DNA of 64,000 nucleotides from Acidobacteriota bacterium (GCA_036507075.1 DASXQR010000192.1:43901-107900), one strand, 5' to 3'; positions 39,719-49,319 are shown, numbered from the stretch's first letter. Notes: generated from the letters alone by a model not told the origin. Translations and numbers: made by a program.

Positions 39719-40102
39719 CTATCTAACCTCAAACACCCCGTTCATCATGCGGGCGTGGGGTACGCATTGGTAGAAGTAGGTTCCGGTCCGATCTGGTATT
39801 CGAAAAAGCACAGAGGCGGTGCCTTTACCTTTTACCGGAGGAAGCGACAGCGGCAGACCCTTGACAACAAAGTTGTGAGTGATTCCCTGGTCCAGATTCT
39901 GCAACACGATGCGTACCGACCTGCCGGGCTTGACTCGAATCATTGGATTGGCAGTATCCGGGTCATCCGCCAGGTAAAATGTCATCTCTTTTACCACCAG
40001 CCGGATCTCCTGTGTTCCCGATCGCAGGCTGGCCGTCAGGGGCAAAGCAGCAATCAGCCCCGTGATCATAATGGTCGAAATGTAGAGAACGCGCGTGCGC
40101 AT
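39719..40102 (-). CDS. Cupredoxin domain protein, secreted
   Basis: HNF and YQCVPHARMMNG type-1 Cu ligands; signal peptide. Confidence 0.85.
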   Translation of the reverse strand: MRTRVLYISTIMITGLIAALPLTASLRSGTQEIRLVVKEMTFYLADDPDTANPMIRVKPGRSVRIVLQNLDQGITHNFVVKGLPLSLPPVKGKGTASVLFRIPDRTGTYFYQCVPHARMMNGVFEVR

Positions 40103-40105
40103 AAG

Positions 40106-41374
40106 TCATCCAATAAGAAGGCCAGTGGAATACATCACCACAAAGCCGGCCATCAATCCCGCCAAAACCGTGGCTCTGGAAAAAAACTGTATAATCGGCT
40201 GGCTGCCCGCCATCTGACGGACAATCTGCAGAATCACCTGCGAGATGGCGCCCACGCCGATTCCAAGAAACATCACCGCCCAGACACTGGAATAAACTGA
40301 ACCACCCAGCAAGGCTCCGGCAATGGTGGGTGCACCCCCAATCAACCCGAGCCGGATCAAGCCGGCCATAGAGACATTCCTTCCCTCCGCATGGGTTGCC
40401 TTTGCCAGCGGGGCCACAATGGCGAGGCCTTCAGTCGTGTTGTGTAGGGTAAAACCGATGATCAACAGATTCCCGAGGGCCGCTTCCCCGAGCGCAAATG
40501 CCGCTCCGATAGCGAGTCCCTCGCTGAAGTTGTGCAGCCCGATACCGATGGCTACCAGCAGAGCCAGAACTGAGCCCATGGCGACCGCGCCGCCCCCGAC
40601 GTCCAGCCGTCTACGACGCCCGAGGAGCCAGGCTCCGAGCGCTTCCAGAGCAATAAAGGCGCTGAACGCCGCCAGCGCGAACAAGGCCACTCCCTGATAA
40701 GATCCGGGCACCGCTGACGCAGCTTCCAGGCCTTCGGCTGCTGCGTCAATTACCAGAAACATCAGCAGTCCTACCGTGAGCGCCAGCAGAAAATCGAGGC
40801 CCCTGTCTCCGAGCGTTTTAACAAAAGGAAACCAGAGCAAACCAATGGCAACCGGTATGACACCAACGTACAAGCCAATCAGGGTGAAAATGCCAAGGAA
40901 GCGCATCCCGACGCGCGGGGTGTTCACAGCCACGGCGATTTCATGTTCGAAGGTCACGCCGGTGGAAGTAAGCACGCGCAGCACGTGAGCTTCACCGTGC
41001 ACCCAGGGATAAGGCACCCGGATTGTCGTACTTCCCAGGTGTTTTAACACCGTTCCCGAGTCCGACGAGAAATTCCAGTAAGCCTCGTCAACCTGCACCT
41101 GCGCAATCGTAACGGGATCGGGGCCGTCATTGAGAATAGCAGCAATGATCCCCTCAGGTCTCAGCTCGACCCGCTGAAACCGCAGCTTTTCCACCGGCGG
41201 GTAATCCTTGCCCCGAAGTGAATCTGCGGGACCGGACCGCAGCAGAAACACAACCAGCGCTCCCAGCAGAAACAGGGGCAGCGCCGCAAGCAGCCAGACA
41301 GCAACCGGCCGCCTGCGCGCCGGCGTTACTTGACCCGCGCCCCGTTCCGAAATCTGCCCGGTGGCCTGTCTCAT
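40106..41374 (-). CDS. ZIP family metal transporter with N-terminal periplasmic domain
   Basis: GIGLHNFSEGLAIG, GFTLHNTTEG. Confidence 0.9.
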   Translation of the reverse strand: MRQATGQISERGAGQVTPARRRPVAVWLLAALPLFLLGALVVFLLRSGPADSLRGKDYPPVEKLRFQRVELRPEGIIAAILNDGPDPVTIAQVQVDEAYWNFSSDSGTVLKHLGSTTIRVPYPWVHGEAHVLRVLTSTGVTFEHEIAVAVNTPRVGMRFLGIFTLIGLYVGVIPVAIGLLWFPFVKTLGDRGLDFLLALTVGLLMFLVIDAAAEGLEAASAVPGSYQGVALFALAAFSAFIALEALGAWLLGRRRRLDVGGGAVAMGSVLALLVAIGIGLHNFSEGLAIGAAFALGEAALGNLLIIGFTLHNTTEGLAIVAPLAKATHAEGRNVSMAGLIRLGLIGGAPTIAGALLGGSVYSSVWAVMFLGIGVGAISQVILQIVRQMAGSQPIIQFFSRATVLAGLMAGFVVMYSTGLLIG

Positions 41375-42426
41375 GACGAAACTTGCTCCGCCTTAAAAAT
41401 GCCCATCCAGCCGAGTTCGGCGAACTCGCTCTGGTGAGCGTGAAACATGAACTCGCCGGGATACCGGAAGGTTGTTTCCAGAATGGCGCGCTCTCCCTGG
41501 CACAACATGACCGTGTCGGACTTCTCGGTCGCGGCCCGGGCGGTGCCCGTGCGGTTGATATCGAAAAACATTCCATGCAGATGAAAGCTGTTTAGCAGAT
41601 CGAATTCCGTTACATTCACCAGATAAATCCGCACCGGCCTGCCGACCGCGACCCGGATCGGCTCGTACATGTAATAATGAGCGACCGTATTTACGGCGTA
41701 GACCTCATTGTCCGCGTCGAAGTTGGTGTCAAACCCATTCATCATCATGATGAGATCGTCTGTTTGTCCGACGGAAGCACCCTCGGGCCGCCGCGGATCC
41801 ACGATGAAGGCGCCGTACAACCCCTTATGTATATGTCGTTTCAACGGGACGGTGTGACAGTGGTAAAGGTGCAATCCAAATGGATCTGCGATGAATTCAT
41901 AAATAAACTCGCGCCCTGGCGCCACTTGCTGTGAGGGAAGCGATCCATCCATTTCCGGGGGATGCCAGCCGTGAAAGTGAATCGAATGCGGATGAGTTCC
42001 CTGGTTCACAAACCTGACTCTGATCCGATCCCCTTCCGTGGCCCGGATCGTGGGACCCGGCACCTGCCCGTTGTAGGTCCAGGCAGGAAAAAAAATACCG
42101 GGCGCGATTTCGATCTCTCGATCAACCGCGAAGAATTCGTATTCCCGCAGCAGCGTGCCGTCCGGTTGCTTCTTTTCCCGGTAATAGCGTGATCGCTCCA
42201 GCGGAGGTAAGTGCGAAAAATTCCAGCTTCTTAAAAACAGTGTCGGATTGAACGCAGTTGTGGAAACCCGTCCGACCGTTCCCATGGCATGGACGGAATG
42301 CGCCATCGCCTGCTCGGGTGAATCCGGGTGATGGCCGGCGGAAATCACCGACGGCAGATTACTCACCGCACCGGCCAGAGAGCCGAATCCTGCCAATCGC
42401 ATCAGTCTTCTTCTCGAGGTCAGCAT
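41371..42426 (-). CDS. Two-domain multicopper oxidase, Tat-exported
   Basis: SRRRLM Tat motif, HSIHFH, YHCH..H..L, FHLH, FHAH. Start placed at 42426 because the 42447 ATG lies inside the -10 box. Confidence 0.9.
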   Translation of the reverse strand: MLTSRRRLMRLAGFGSLAGAVSNLPSVISAGHHPDSPEQAMAHSVHAMGTVGRVSTTAFNPTLFLRSWNFSHLPPLERSRYYREKKQPDGTLLREYEFFAVDREIEIAPGIFFPAWTYNGQVPGPTIRATEGDRIRVRFVNQGTHPHSIHFHGWHPPEMDGSLPSQQVAPGREFIYEFIADPFGLHLYHCHTVPLKRHIHKGLYGAFIVDPRRPEGASVGQTDDLIMMMNGFDTNFDADNEVYAVNTVAHYYMYEPIRVAVGRPVRIYLVNVTEFDLLNSFHLHGMFFDINRTGTARAATEKSDTVMLCQGERAILETTFRYPGEFMFHAHQSEFAELGWMGIFKAEQVSS

Positions 42427-42471
42427 ATTTTGAATAGTCAAAATCATATATTCGGATCGTCAAAATGTCAA
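42427..42471 (-). promoter_or_regulatory. sigma70 promoter of the MCO operon with two tandem DtxR/MntR-type operator palindromes
   Basis: Minus strand TTGACA-17bp-TATGAT. ATTTTGA-ATAG-TCAAAAT at 42427-42444 and a degenerate copy at 42449-42466. Confidence 0.8.
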
Positions 42472-42478
42472 CCAAAAG

Positions 42479-42635
42479 TTTTCACCACAAAGGCACAAAG
42501 GACACGAAGGGAGGACGTAGGACGGGCAGGGGTCGGTCATCTTCAAAAGCCATTGTCGCGTTTACCTTTGGACAGATGACCGGTCCCTGCCCGTCCCACG
42601 TCTTGCTTTGTGTCCTTTGTGCCTTTGTGGTGAAA
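42479..42635. repeat. Long REPIN-like hairpin, homologous to 12343-12516 in the opposite orientation
   Basis: tttcaccacaaaggcacaaaggacac..ACGTAGGACGGGCAGGGGTCGGTCATC-loop-GATGACCGGTCCCTGCCCGTCCCACGT..gtgtcctttgtgcctttgtggtgaaa. Confidence 0.85.
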
Positions 42636-42643
42636 TGCTGCAA

Positions 42644-43312
42644 ATGCTCCCAACCAGCACGATGGAGAATTACTTGAAGTCGATCTACCAGATCCAGGCG
42701 GGCTTCAGTGAGAGCCAACTCGTTCCAATGGGCCAGCTTGCCGCCAGACTTGGTGTCGTTCCGGGCACGGCGACAACCATGGTTAAGGCGCTGGCAGAGT
42801 CAGGTCTGGTTGTTTATGAACCTTACAGCGGAGTGCGTTTGACCCAGGCCGGCGAAAAGCTTGCCGCACTCGTGCTGCGTCGGCACCGGATCATCGAACT
42901 CTTCCTGGTTCGTATCATGGGAATGAATTGGGGCGAAGTGCATGAAGAAGCTGAGAAACTGGAGCACGTCGTTTCAGAAGCTTTGATCACACGTATGGAT
43001 GAAATGCTGGGGCGCCCGCAAGTCGATCCCCATGGAGATCCAATTCCGAACTCGGAGGGGATGTTCAAACGTGAAGAGTATCTGACATTGCTGGACTGTC
43101 CGATCGACGCGCCTGTGACGATCCTGCGGGTGACCGACCAGGATGTGGCATTCCTAAAGTTCATCGAAGAGAGCAACTTGATGCCCGGTCAGAAAATCAC
43201 AGTGAAAGCGCGTGACATGGCAGCCGACAGAGTGACCGTTCGCAGTGAAGGTGACCGCCTGATCACGATGGGCATGCTGGCGGCATCGAAGGTGCTGGTG
43301 CAAACCGGGTAA
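42644..43312 (+). CDS. DtxR/MntR family metal-dependent regulator with FeoA-like C-terminus
   Basis: ENYLK, RRHRIIELFL, HEEAEKLEH, DPHGDPIP. Confidence 0.93.
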   Translation: MLPTSTMENYLKSIYQIQAGFSESQLVPMGQLAARLGVVPGTATTMVKALAESGLVVYEPYSGVRLTQAGEKLAALVLRRHRIIELFLVRIMGMNWGEVHEEAEKLEHVVSEALITRMDEMLGRPQVDPHGDPIPNSEGMFKREEYLTLLDCPIDAPVTILRVTDQDVAFLKFIEESNLMPGQKITVKARDMAADRVTVRSEGDRLITMGMLAASKVLVQTG

Positions 43313-43318
43313 AAAAAA

Positions 43319-43436
43319 TTGAACCGCCAAGAACGCAAAGAATGCCAAACGATTTAGTTAAACTCTGGAGGAACACGACAAGGTAAACGTCGGATGCCCT
43401 TTGACGCTTGGCGTTCTTTGCGTTCTTGGCGGTTCA
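43319..43436. repeat. Hairpin element, CGCCAAGAACGCAAAG subtype, between convergent genes
   Basis: tgaaccgccaagaacgcaaagaatgccaa...ttggcgttctttgcgttcttggcggttca. Confidence 0.85.
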
Positions 43437-44033
43437 CGCGCATTCGCGAAATTTTGCCACTACGGCGTCCAGTCGAGCAGGATCGGCAAAAAGAGATATT
43501 CCGGCAATACCGGCCGCGCCTGTATCCAACACCTCGCGGAATCGGTCCGACGTCATTCCTCCCAAGGCAATGATCGGGGACCCTGCATTCCGGCATGCCT
43601 GATAAAGCAGGCGCAGGCCCAGCGGCTTGCGGGCTTGCTGTTTGGAAAAGGCCGGAAAGATCGGCGCCAGCAGAACGTAATCAGCCCCTTCTTGTGAAAG
43701 TCGCACGGCTTCGTCCGGCGTGTGGGCGCTGGCACCGACAATCTTTGCCGGCAGGATGGATCTGGCCTGTTGGATCTCCTGGGACGAGGGAAGGTGCACG
43801 CCGTCGATATCTAATGTCGCCCATGATTGATCGAGGCCGTTGATCAGCAGGCGCGTGGCCTGCCTGTGAGACTGCGCCAGCCGCCCGGCAATCACCGCCC
43901 GCTCGGCCGATGCGAGCTGTTTGTGGCGAAATTGGAAAAACTCTATGCGGCGGCTGACGATATTCAAAAGCAGCTCGACCGGATCGCCGCTGGATGGATC
44001 ACTAATGCAATACAGAACAGGCGCGTGAAACAA
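43434..44033 (-). CDS. Thiamine phosphate synthase (ThiE/TenI) family
   Basis: QFRHK, LLIN, DGVHL, GASAH, GADYV, IALGG, AGIAGIS. Confidence 0.85.
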   Translation of the reverse strand: MFHAPVLYCISDPSSGDPVELLLNIVSRRIEFFQFRHKQLASAERAVIAGRLAQSHRQATRLLINGLDQSWATLDIDGVHLPSSQEIQQARSILPAKIVGASAHTPDEAVRLSQEGADYVLLAPIFPAFSKQQARKPLGLRLLYQACRNAGSPIIALGGMTSDRFREVLDTGAAGIAGISLFADPARLDAVVAKFRECA

Positions 44034-44034
44034 G

Positions 44035-44274
44035 TCAGTGGCTGTTCCTCTTGCGAGTGAAATTTATGAATTCGATACCGCCGATCAGCAGGTTAACGAT
44101 ACCCAGACCCGAGACAGCGCCCCTGAAATAGTTGTTGAGCATGACCTGCCGCAGCGCGGGATGCTGGATCAAAAGACCGTTTACCTCCCAGATGCGCAGC
44201 CAGGGGTAAATGACAAGAAAGATCCCGATCTGAAAGCAGAAAAGTATGTAGAAGATATTCAACAACCTGTGCAT
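44035..44274 (-). CDS. Small two-TM hypothetical membrane protein
   Basis: Two hydrophobic segments, YPW..WE.N, RGAVSGLG; abuts the ThiE-family gene. Confidence 0.7.
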   Translation of the reverse strand: MHRLLNIFYILFCFQIGIFLVIYPWLRIWEVNGLLIQHPALRQVMLNNYFRGAVSGLGIVNLLIGGIEFINFTRKRNSH

Positions 44275-44285
44275 TAAGCTGGAAT

Positions 44286-44451
44286 TTGAGCACGAATTAT
44301 GCGTTGAGCACGAATTTCACGAATTTCACGAATTTCACGAATTTATTCTAGGTTGAGCCCGAGTTTGTTTGAACACGAATTTACACGAATTTCACGAAGT
44401 TAATTAATATTATTCGTGAAATTCGTGAAATTCGTGTTGATTCGTGCTCAA
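44286..44451. repeat. 9-mer (CACGAATTT) inverted repeat element
   Basis: ttgagcacgaatttcacgaatttcacgaatttcacgaa...ttcgtgaaattcgtgaaattcgtgttgattcgtgctcaa. Confidence 0.85.
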
Positions 44452-46856
44452 CCCTTTAAACGGTCAGAGATGTCGCGGAAGTTGGGACTGACCTTTTGAA
44501 TCTTGCGGAACAACTCACGAGCCTCGTTGTTTTTACCCTGTGCTTCGAGGGCCCTGCCGAGGTCGTACAGGAGGGTTTTGCGTTCGTAGTCTTTGCTGCC
44601 CTTCAATTGCAGACCGCGCTGCGCCCATTGGGCCGCCTTGTCCGATTCGCCCGATTCAAGATAACAATTGGCCAGCAGGCTGTAGCAGAGCGGAGTTTCG
44701 CGGTTGCCCTTTCCGTTTCTGGCCAACTCGATCGCCTTGTGGAATTCCTGAATCGCGTCGGGAATTAGTCCCATCTCACGATAGGCCTTCCCCAAGTCCA
44801 TGTGTGTTTGAAATTCGTCAGCCGGGGGCTTGGCCGCGTCCGGCTGGCCTTCTTTATATTCCAAGGCCTCCAAGGCGGGCTGGAGTCCGCTGGCATCAAA
44901 GTCGAACAGAGCATTGATTGCTTCGTCAATCTGCAGCGTCAGATCCTTCAGTTCCTGATCCGGCGCCGGCGCAAGCTCGGTGATTGCGCGGGCGCTGGCT
45001 TCATCCTTAAATACGGTCGAACCTTCAAGTTCCTGCAGCCGTTGTTTCACTTCTTCAGACTCGGGATGCTCCGAGCTGAGTTTGTCAAGAAGCAGCCTGG
45101 CATCTCCCTGGAAACCCATCTTCAAATAGAAGTCTACTTCCTGAAGCGTCTCTGAAAGACCGGCAGGCGAAGTTGCAAGCGGGACATGCTGGGCAATCTC
45201 ATGCACCTTCTCGCTGGAAATCTCTTCCGGCTCGGCCGTTAATTCGGAGTCACCTGCAGTTTCGATTTCCTGATCACCTGTCGCCTCAGAGAGAAACTTG
45301 TCCCAGTCCTTTTCCAGATCATCGGTCGGAATCTCAAAATCGCCTGTTTCCACTCCCGACTTTGCCGCCTTCCGACCCGTGGGGGCAGAACCTTTGCCTT
45401 TGCCTTTGCCTGCGGCGGGCTTTTCGTTTTCATCGAGCAGAGTGTCCCAACCCTTCTCCAGCCCTTCGGTGGATAGATCGTCGAGACTTATCTCAAAGGA
45501 GCCTTCTTCTTTGGACGAAGCCTTTCCTTTTTCATCCAGATCAGTGTCGCTGCCGATATCGTCAACTCCGGCCATCTGGATCTGCTCGAGTTCCTCCGGC
45601 GAGATTTCGCCGATATCGAAGCTTGATTCATCGCTGCTGACCACCGGCTGCACCGCCGGCGGCTCATAGACTTTACCGGGGTAAGCCTTCTCAAACAAGG
45701 AGCGGTGCTGCTGCAGGTACTCGGAGTTTTCCGGAGACCATTGCACAAGCTGATCGGCCGCAAGAAAGGCTTTCTTCAGGTCGCCTTTCAACGCATAGCG
45801 CGACATCAACTCGGCCTGTGCCGCCGCAGCCGCGTCGAAATCTCCCCTCCGCGCATGCAGGCGCGCAAGAATCTCCGTTAATGAACTCTGGTCGGGCATG
45901 CGACCCGCCACCCGCTGCACCAGCTCTCCCATCTTTCGCAGATCGTCGGGGACTGACAGGTTTTCGGCGAGGGCTTCGGCGAGCGAAGTGAAGTTGATCG
46001 TCTTCCGTTTATCGGCGTAATGCTCCAGAAGCTCAAGCAACGGCGCCGCATCGCGGCCGTGCTGACTATGAAGATCAAGCAGAATCTTTTCCGCTTCAGC
46101 AAAGTCGCCCGTGTGAATCAGCAATTTGCCACGGAGTTCCTGCAGGTGCAGGTCATCCGGATGCATCATGCTCAAATTGTCGAGAATTCCCTTGGCCAGC
46201 CCGTCTTTTCCAGCCGCGTGCGCTGCGGGGATGAACAGATCAATCACCGCCAGATCGCGCGGGTTCAAGTCGAGGGAGCGCTGCAGCAGGGCCAGAGCGT
46301 GTTCTGGTTTGCGCTGTTTTAATGCGGCCGCGCCGGCCAGCTTCAGATAATTAGCCGCCGAAGTTTTATCTCCCTTGACAGACTGCAAATGTCCGAGGCG
46401 CTCGAGAACCGTGATGTCATTTTTGTCGAACTCAAAAATCTTCAGGTAGATTTCACCGGCTTCGCGCTCCTTGCCGGTTTGAAACAGCTTTTCCGCTACG
46501 GCCCGGTAGTGACTGGCGGCGTCGTGATACAGGCCCTGCTTGTAATAAAGATTGGCCAGGCTTTCCTGGACCCGCGGATTGTCGGGTCCAAGATTGAATA
46601 CTTTTTTCAGAGTGGCTATCGCCTTGAGGATGAAACCGTGACTGAGGTAGAGATCGGCGACCCGGTTGAAGTAATTGACAGCTTCCGGGTGTTTGTTAAG
46701 GCGAACAAGCAGATCTCCGACGGTGTTCAAAAGGATCACATCGTCCTGTTCGGTTTTGAGCACTTTCAGGTATTCATTGACCGCGCTGGCGAACTTACCC
46801 TGAAGGACATACTTCTCGGCCGTTCTCAGTATTCGATCTTTGTTGGGTGAGCCCAT
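44448..46856 (-). CDS. Large TPR protein with acidic linker and C-terminal TPR module
   Basis: N-terminal TPRs, acidic middle, EVDFYLKMG, HMDLGKAYREMGL, YDLG, NFRDI. Confidence 0.85.
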   Translation of the reverse strand: MGSPNKDRILRTAEKYVLQGKFASAVNEYLKVLKTEQDDVILLNTVGDLLVRLNKHPEAVNYFNRVADLYLSHGFILKAIATLKKVFNLGPDNPRVQESLANLYYKQGLYHDAASHYRAVAEKLFQTGKEREAGEIYLKIFEFDKNDITVLERLGHLQSVKGDKTSAANYLKLAGAAALKQRKPEHALALLQRSLDLNPRDLAVIDLFIPAAHAAGKDGLAKGILDNLSMMHPDDLHLQELRGKLLIHTGDFAEAEKILLDLHSQHGRDAAPLLELLEHYADKRKTINFTSLAEALAENLSVPDDLRKMGELVQRVAGRMPDQSSLTEILARLHARRGDFDAAAAAQAELMSRYALKGDLKKAFLAADQLVQWSPENSEYLQQHRSLFEKAYPGKVYEPPAVQPVVSSDESSFDIGEISPEELEQIQMAGVDDIGSDTDLDEKGKASSKEEGSFEISLDDLSTEGLEKGWDTLLDENEKPAAGKGKGKGSAPTGRKAAKSGVETGDFEIPTDDLEKDWDKFLSEATGDQEIETAGDSELTAEPEEISSEKVHEIAQHVPLATSPAGLSETLQEVDFYLKMGFQGDARLLLDKLSSEHPESEEVKQRLQELEGSTVFKDEASARAITELAPAPDQELKDLTLQIDEAINALFDFDASGLQPALEALEYKEGQPDAAKPPADEFQTHMDLGKAYREMGLIPDAIQEFHKAIELARNGKGNRETPLCYSLLANCYLESGESDKAAQWAQRGLQLKGSKDYERKTLLYDLGRALEAQGKNNEARELFRKIQKVSPNFRDISDRLKG

Positions 46857-46880
46857 CTATGCTCCAAATCCGAACCGGCG

Positions 46881-47231
46881 TTATTCGGCTTTCTTGGTTT
46901 CTTTGAGTCGGGCCGCTTTTCCCTTGCGCTCTCTGAGGAAATAGAGTTTTGCTCTGCGCACCCGCCCTTTCTTTACTACTTCAATGCTTTCAATTACGGG
47001 CGAATATAAGGGGAAAATGCGTTCCACTCCGTAGCCGAAGGAGATCTTCCGGACAGTAAAGGACTCGCGCGGGCCTGTTCCCTTTCGCGAAATCACAACA
47101 CCTTCAAAGGCCTGAATCCGGAATTTGTCGCCTTCCTTGATCTTGACATTGACCCGAACCGTGTCTCCAGGTCGAAAGGCAGGGACGTCATCTTTGACGC
47201 CGCGGCTTTCGACAATTTCCATCAAATTCAT
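46881..47231 (-). CDS. rplS: 50S ribosomal protein L19
   Basis: [33 protein letters not shown]. Confidence 0.98.
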   Translation of the reverse strand: MNLMEIVESRGVKDDVPAFRPGDTVRVNVKIKEGDKFRIQAFEGVVISRKGTGPRESFTVRKISFGYGVERIFPLYSPVIESIEVVKKGRVRRAKLYFLRERKGKAARLKETKKAE

Positions 47232-47312
47232 GCGTTACTCCTATAATTTCAACTATTTCCTGCTGAAAAGTTAGTAATTCTTCTCACACCATGAAGAATA
47301 CGAGTCTGAAGA

Positions 47313-47550
47313 CGAGTCTCTCAGTCTGTCAATCTCTCAGTCTCTCAGTCTCTCAGTCTCTCAGTCTCTCAGTCTCTCAGTCTGTCAGTCTGTCAGTCCC
47401 TCAGTCTCTCAGTCCCTCAGTCTGTCAGTCCCTCAGTCATCGGAACTGGGTGACTGACCGACTGAAAGACTGACCGACTGAAAGACTGACCGACTGAAAG
47501 ACTGACCGACTGACCGACTGAAAGACTGACCGACTGACCGACCGAAAGAC
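47313..47550. repeat. Octamer/tetramer (TCAGTCTC / GACTGACC) inverted arrays between trmD and rplS
   Basis: (tctcagtc)n...(gactgaccgactgaaa)n. Confidence 0.85.
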
Positions 47551-48234
47551 CTAGCCTTCCCCAATCAAATCGGGGCGATTCCGGCGTGTCCGGATCTGCG
47601 CCTGCCTGCGCCTCCACTCCTCAATATCAGCATGGTTGCCCGACAGCAGCACGTCTGGAACCTTCCAGGACCTGTACTCGGATGGGCGGGTATAGTGCGG
47701 GTAGTCAAGCAGACCCTGCTGAAAGCTTTCATTGACCACCGACGCCGGACTTCCCGTTGACCCGGGAAGCAACCGCACCACGGAGTCCACAAGCAACATG
47801 GCGGGAATCTCGCCGCCTGAGACAACGAAATCGCCCACCGATATCTCCTCGTCAATCAGGTGATCAACCACTCGATGATCTACACCTTCATACCGACCGC
47901 AGATCAGCACCAGTGCCGGCTCAAGAGCCAGGCGGCGCGCTGTTTGCTGGCGGAAGGGAGTACCTTGTGGCGTGAGAAGTATGCGCTTCGCTCGGATTCC
48001 CCAGCGCTGTTCTGTAGTTTCGACAGCTTCGAAGATTGGTTCCGGCTTCATCACCATACCTTCGCCGCCGCCGTAAGGACGGTCATCCACCGTCCTGTGT
48101 CGATCGCGGGTAAACTCACGGAGATCAATTGTTTCCACCTCCGCCCTACCTTCGTCGCGCGAAATTCGGATGATACCAAAATCAAAGATGCCTGTAAATA
48201 TCTCAGGGAAGATGGTAAGAATCGCTAGTTTCAT
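47551..48234 (-). CDS. trmD: tRNA (guanine-N1)-methyltransferase
   Basis: DDRPYGGGEGMVM, CGRYEGVD, YPHYTRP, LLSGNH. Confidence 0.98.
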   Translation of the reverse strand: MKLAILTIFPEIFTGIFDFGIIRISRDEGRAEVETIDLREFTRDRHRTVDDRPYGGGEGMVMKPEPIFEAVETTEQRWGIRAKRILLTPQGTPFRQQTARRLALEPALVLICGRYEGVDHRVVDHLIDEEISVGDFVVSGGEIPAMLLVDSVVRLLPGSTGSPASVVNESFQQGLLDYPHYTRPSEYRSWKVPDVLLSGNHADIEEWRRRQAQIRTRRNRPDLIGEG

Positions 48235-48239
48235 CAGAA

Positions 48240-48761
48240 TCAAGGATTTAGCTCAAGCAGACCGGCTGGCAGATCAACCGTCAGCCGTCTTTGATCGAGA
48301 CTGACATCAACCAGGATGGTTTCGACCATGGGAATCAGAATCTCACCGCGCCGGCCATTCACTTCAAGCAAGGGGTTGGAATCCAGGGCGAGCACCCGGG
48401 TCACTGTTCCCAAAACCTCACCGGACCGGATGACAACTTCGCAACCGAGCAACTGATGGGGATAGTAGTGACCTGCGGGCAGCCTTTGCAGAGAAACTTC
48501 GGGAATCAGCAGATCTCGATTGCGTATCGCTTCTGCGTCAGACCGGTTCTTCAGGTGTTCGAATTCGACTATCCAGGCCGATTTATGGCGTCGGGAACGC
48601 TTGATTCTTAAAGGTTGCGGTGAGGAGTCCGGGACGCTCAGATACAGCAGGCTGTCTTTGGCAAGGCGTTGCGGGAAATCCGTATAAGAATCAACAACAA
48701 CCTCGCCACGAATACCGTGAGGGGAGCGGATTCGACCGATCAGCACCCATTCGCTATTCAA
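48240..48761 (-). CDS. rimM: Ribosome maturation factor RimM
   Basis: [26 protein letters not shown]; conserved synteny. Confidence 0.95.
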   Translation of the reverse strand: MNSEWVLIGRIRSPHGIRGEVVVDSYTDFPQRLAKDSLLYLSVPDSSPQPLRIKRSRRHKSAWIVEFEHLKNRSDAEAIRNRDLLIPEVSLQRLPAGHYYPHQLLGCEVVIRSGEVLGTVTRVLALDSNPLLEVNGRRGEILIPMVETILVDVSLDQRRLTVDLPAGLLELNP

Positions 48762-48984
48762 TTATTTCAAGAATGAATCTTTTGCGCACTTTCATTCCGG
48801 CGGCTCCCAGCAGGGTTCGGATCGCGCGGGCGGTTCGGCCCTGCTTGCCGATTACTTTGCCAAGGTCGGTCTGGGCCACCCGCAGTTCCAGGACGGTCGT
48901 CTGTTCGCCTTCAACTTCTGTAACTTTGACCTGTTCGGGATCATCAACAAGCGCCTTCGCGATCTCCTCGATAAGCTCCTTCAT
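48754..48984 (-). CDS. khpA: KH domain RNA-binding protein
   Basis: [38 protein letters not shown]; start at 48984 or 48990. Confidence 0.93.
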   Translation of the reverse strand: MKELIEEIAKALVDDPEQVKVTEVEGEQTTVLELRVAQTDLGKVIGKQGRTARAIRTLLGAAGMKVRKRFILEIIE

Positions 48985-49046
48985 AGGCATACAACCTCCT
49001 GCCGAGCGGGAATCCTCGAACACGAATCCAGATTGTGAGCCGAGCA

Positions 49047-49319
49047 CTAACCCTGTTCTGGTGCTGCCTGCTGTTGTGTTGCCTGTTGTTGAGCCTTGGA
49101 AATCAAGGATTTAACGGTATCTGAAGGCTGTGCCCCAGACTTAATCCAATGATCCACACGGTCCAGCCTGAGATTCAAAGCTGCCGGATTCTTAGTCGGA
49201 TCGTAATGTCCCACAATCTCCAAAAATCGGCCGTCCCGCGCCGAGGCCTTCTCAGCGACCACAACACGGTAAAAAGGTTTCTTTTTTGCCCCTTGGCGGG
49301 ACAATCGAATTCTGAGCAA
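49047..49319 (-). CDS. rpsP: 30S ribosomal protein S16
   Basis: [36 protein letters not shown] start with AGGAGG RBS. Confidence 0.98.
   Translation of the reverse strand: MLRIRLSRQGAKKKPFYRVVVAEKASARDGRFLEIVGHYDPTKNPAALNLRLDRVDHWIKSGAQPSDTVKSLISKAQQQATQQQAAPEQG

Noticed and set aside
39248..39773. MRNGECGMGNAEWG repeat peptides after the PafA-like gene as a possible Pup or substrate
   Set aside because: Translated GGAATGC heptamer hairpin; no GGE/GGQ terminus and no RBS.
47291..47617. Ser/Leu-rich short ORFs
   Set aside because: Translations of the octamer array.
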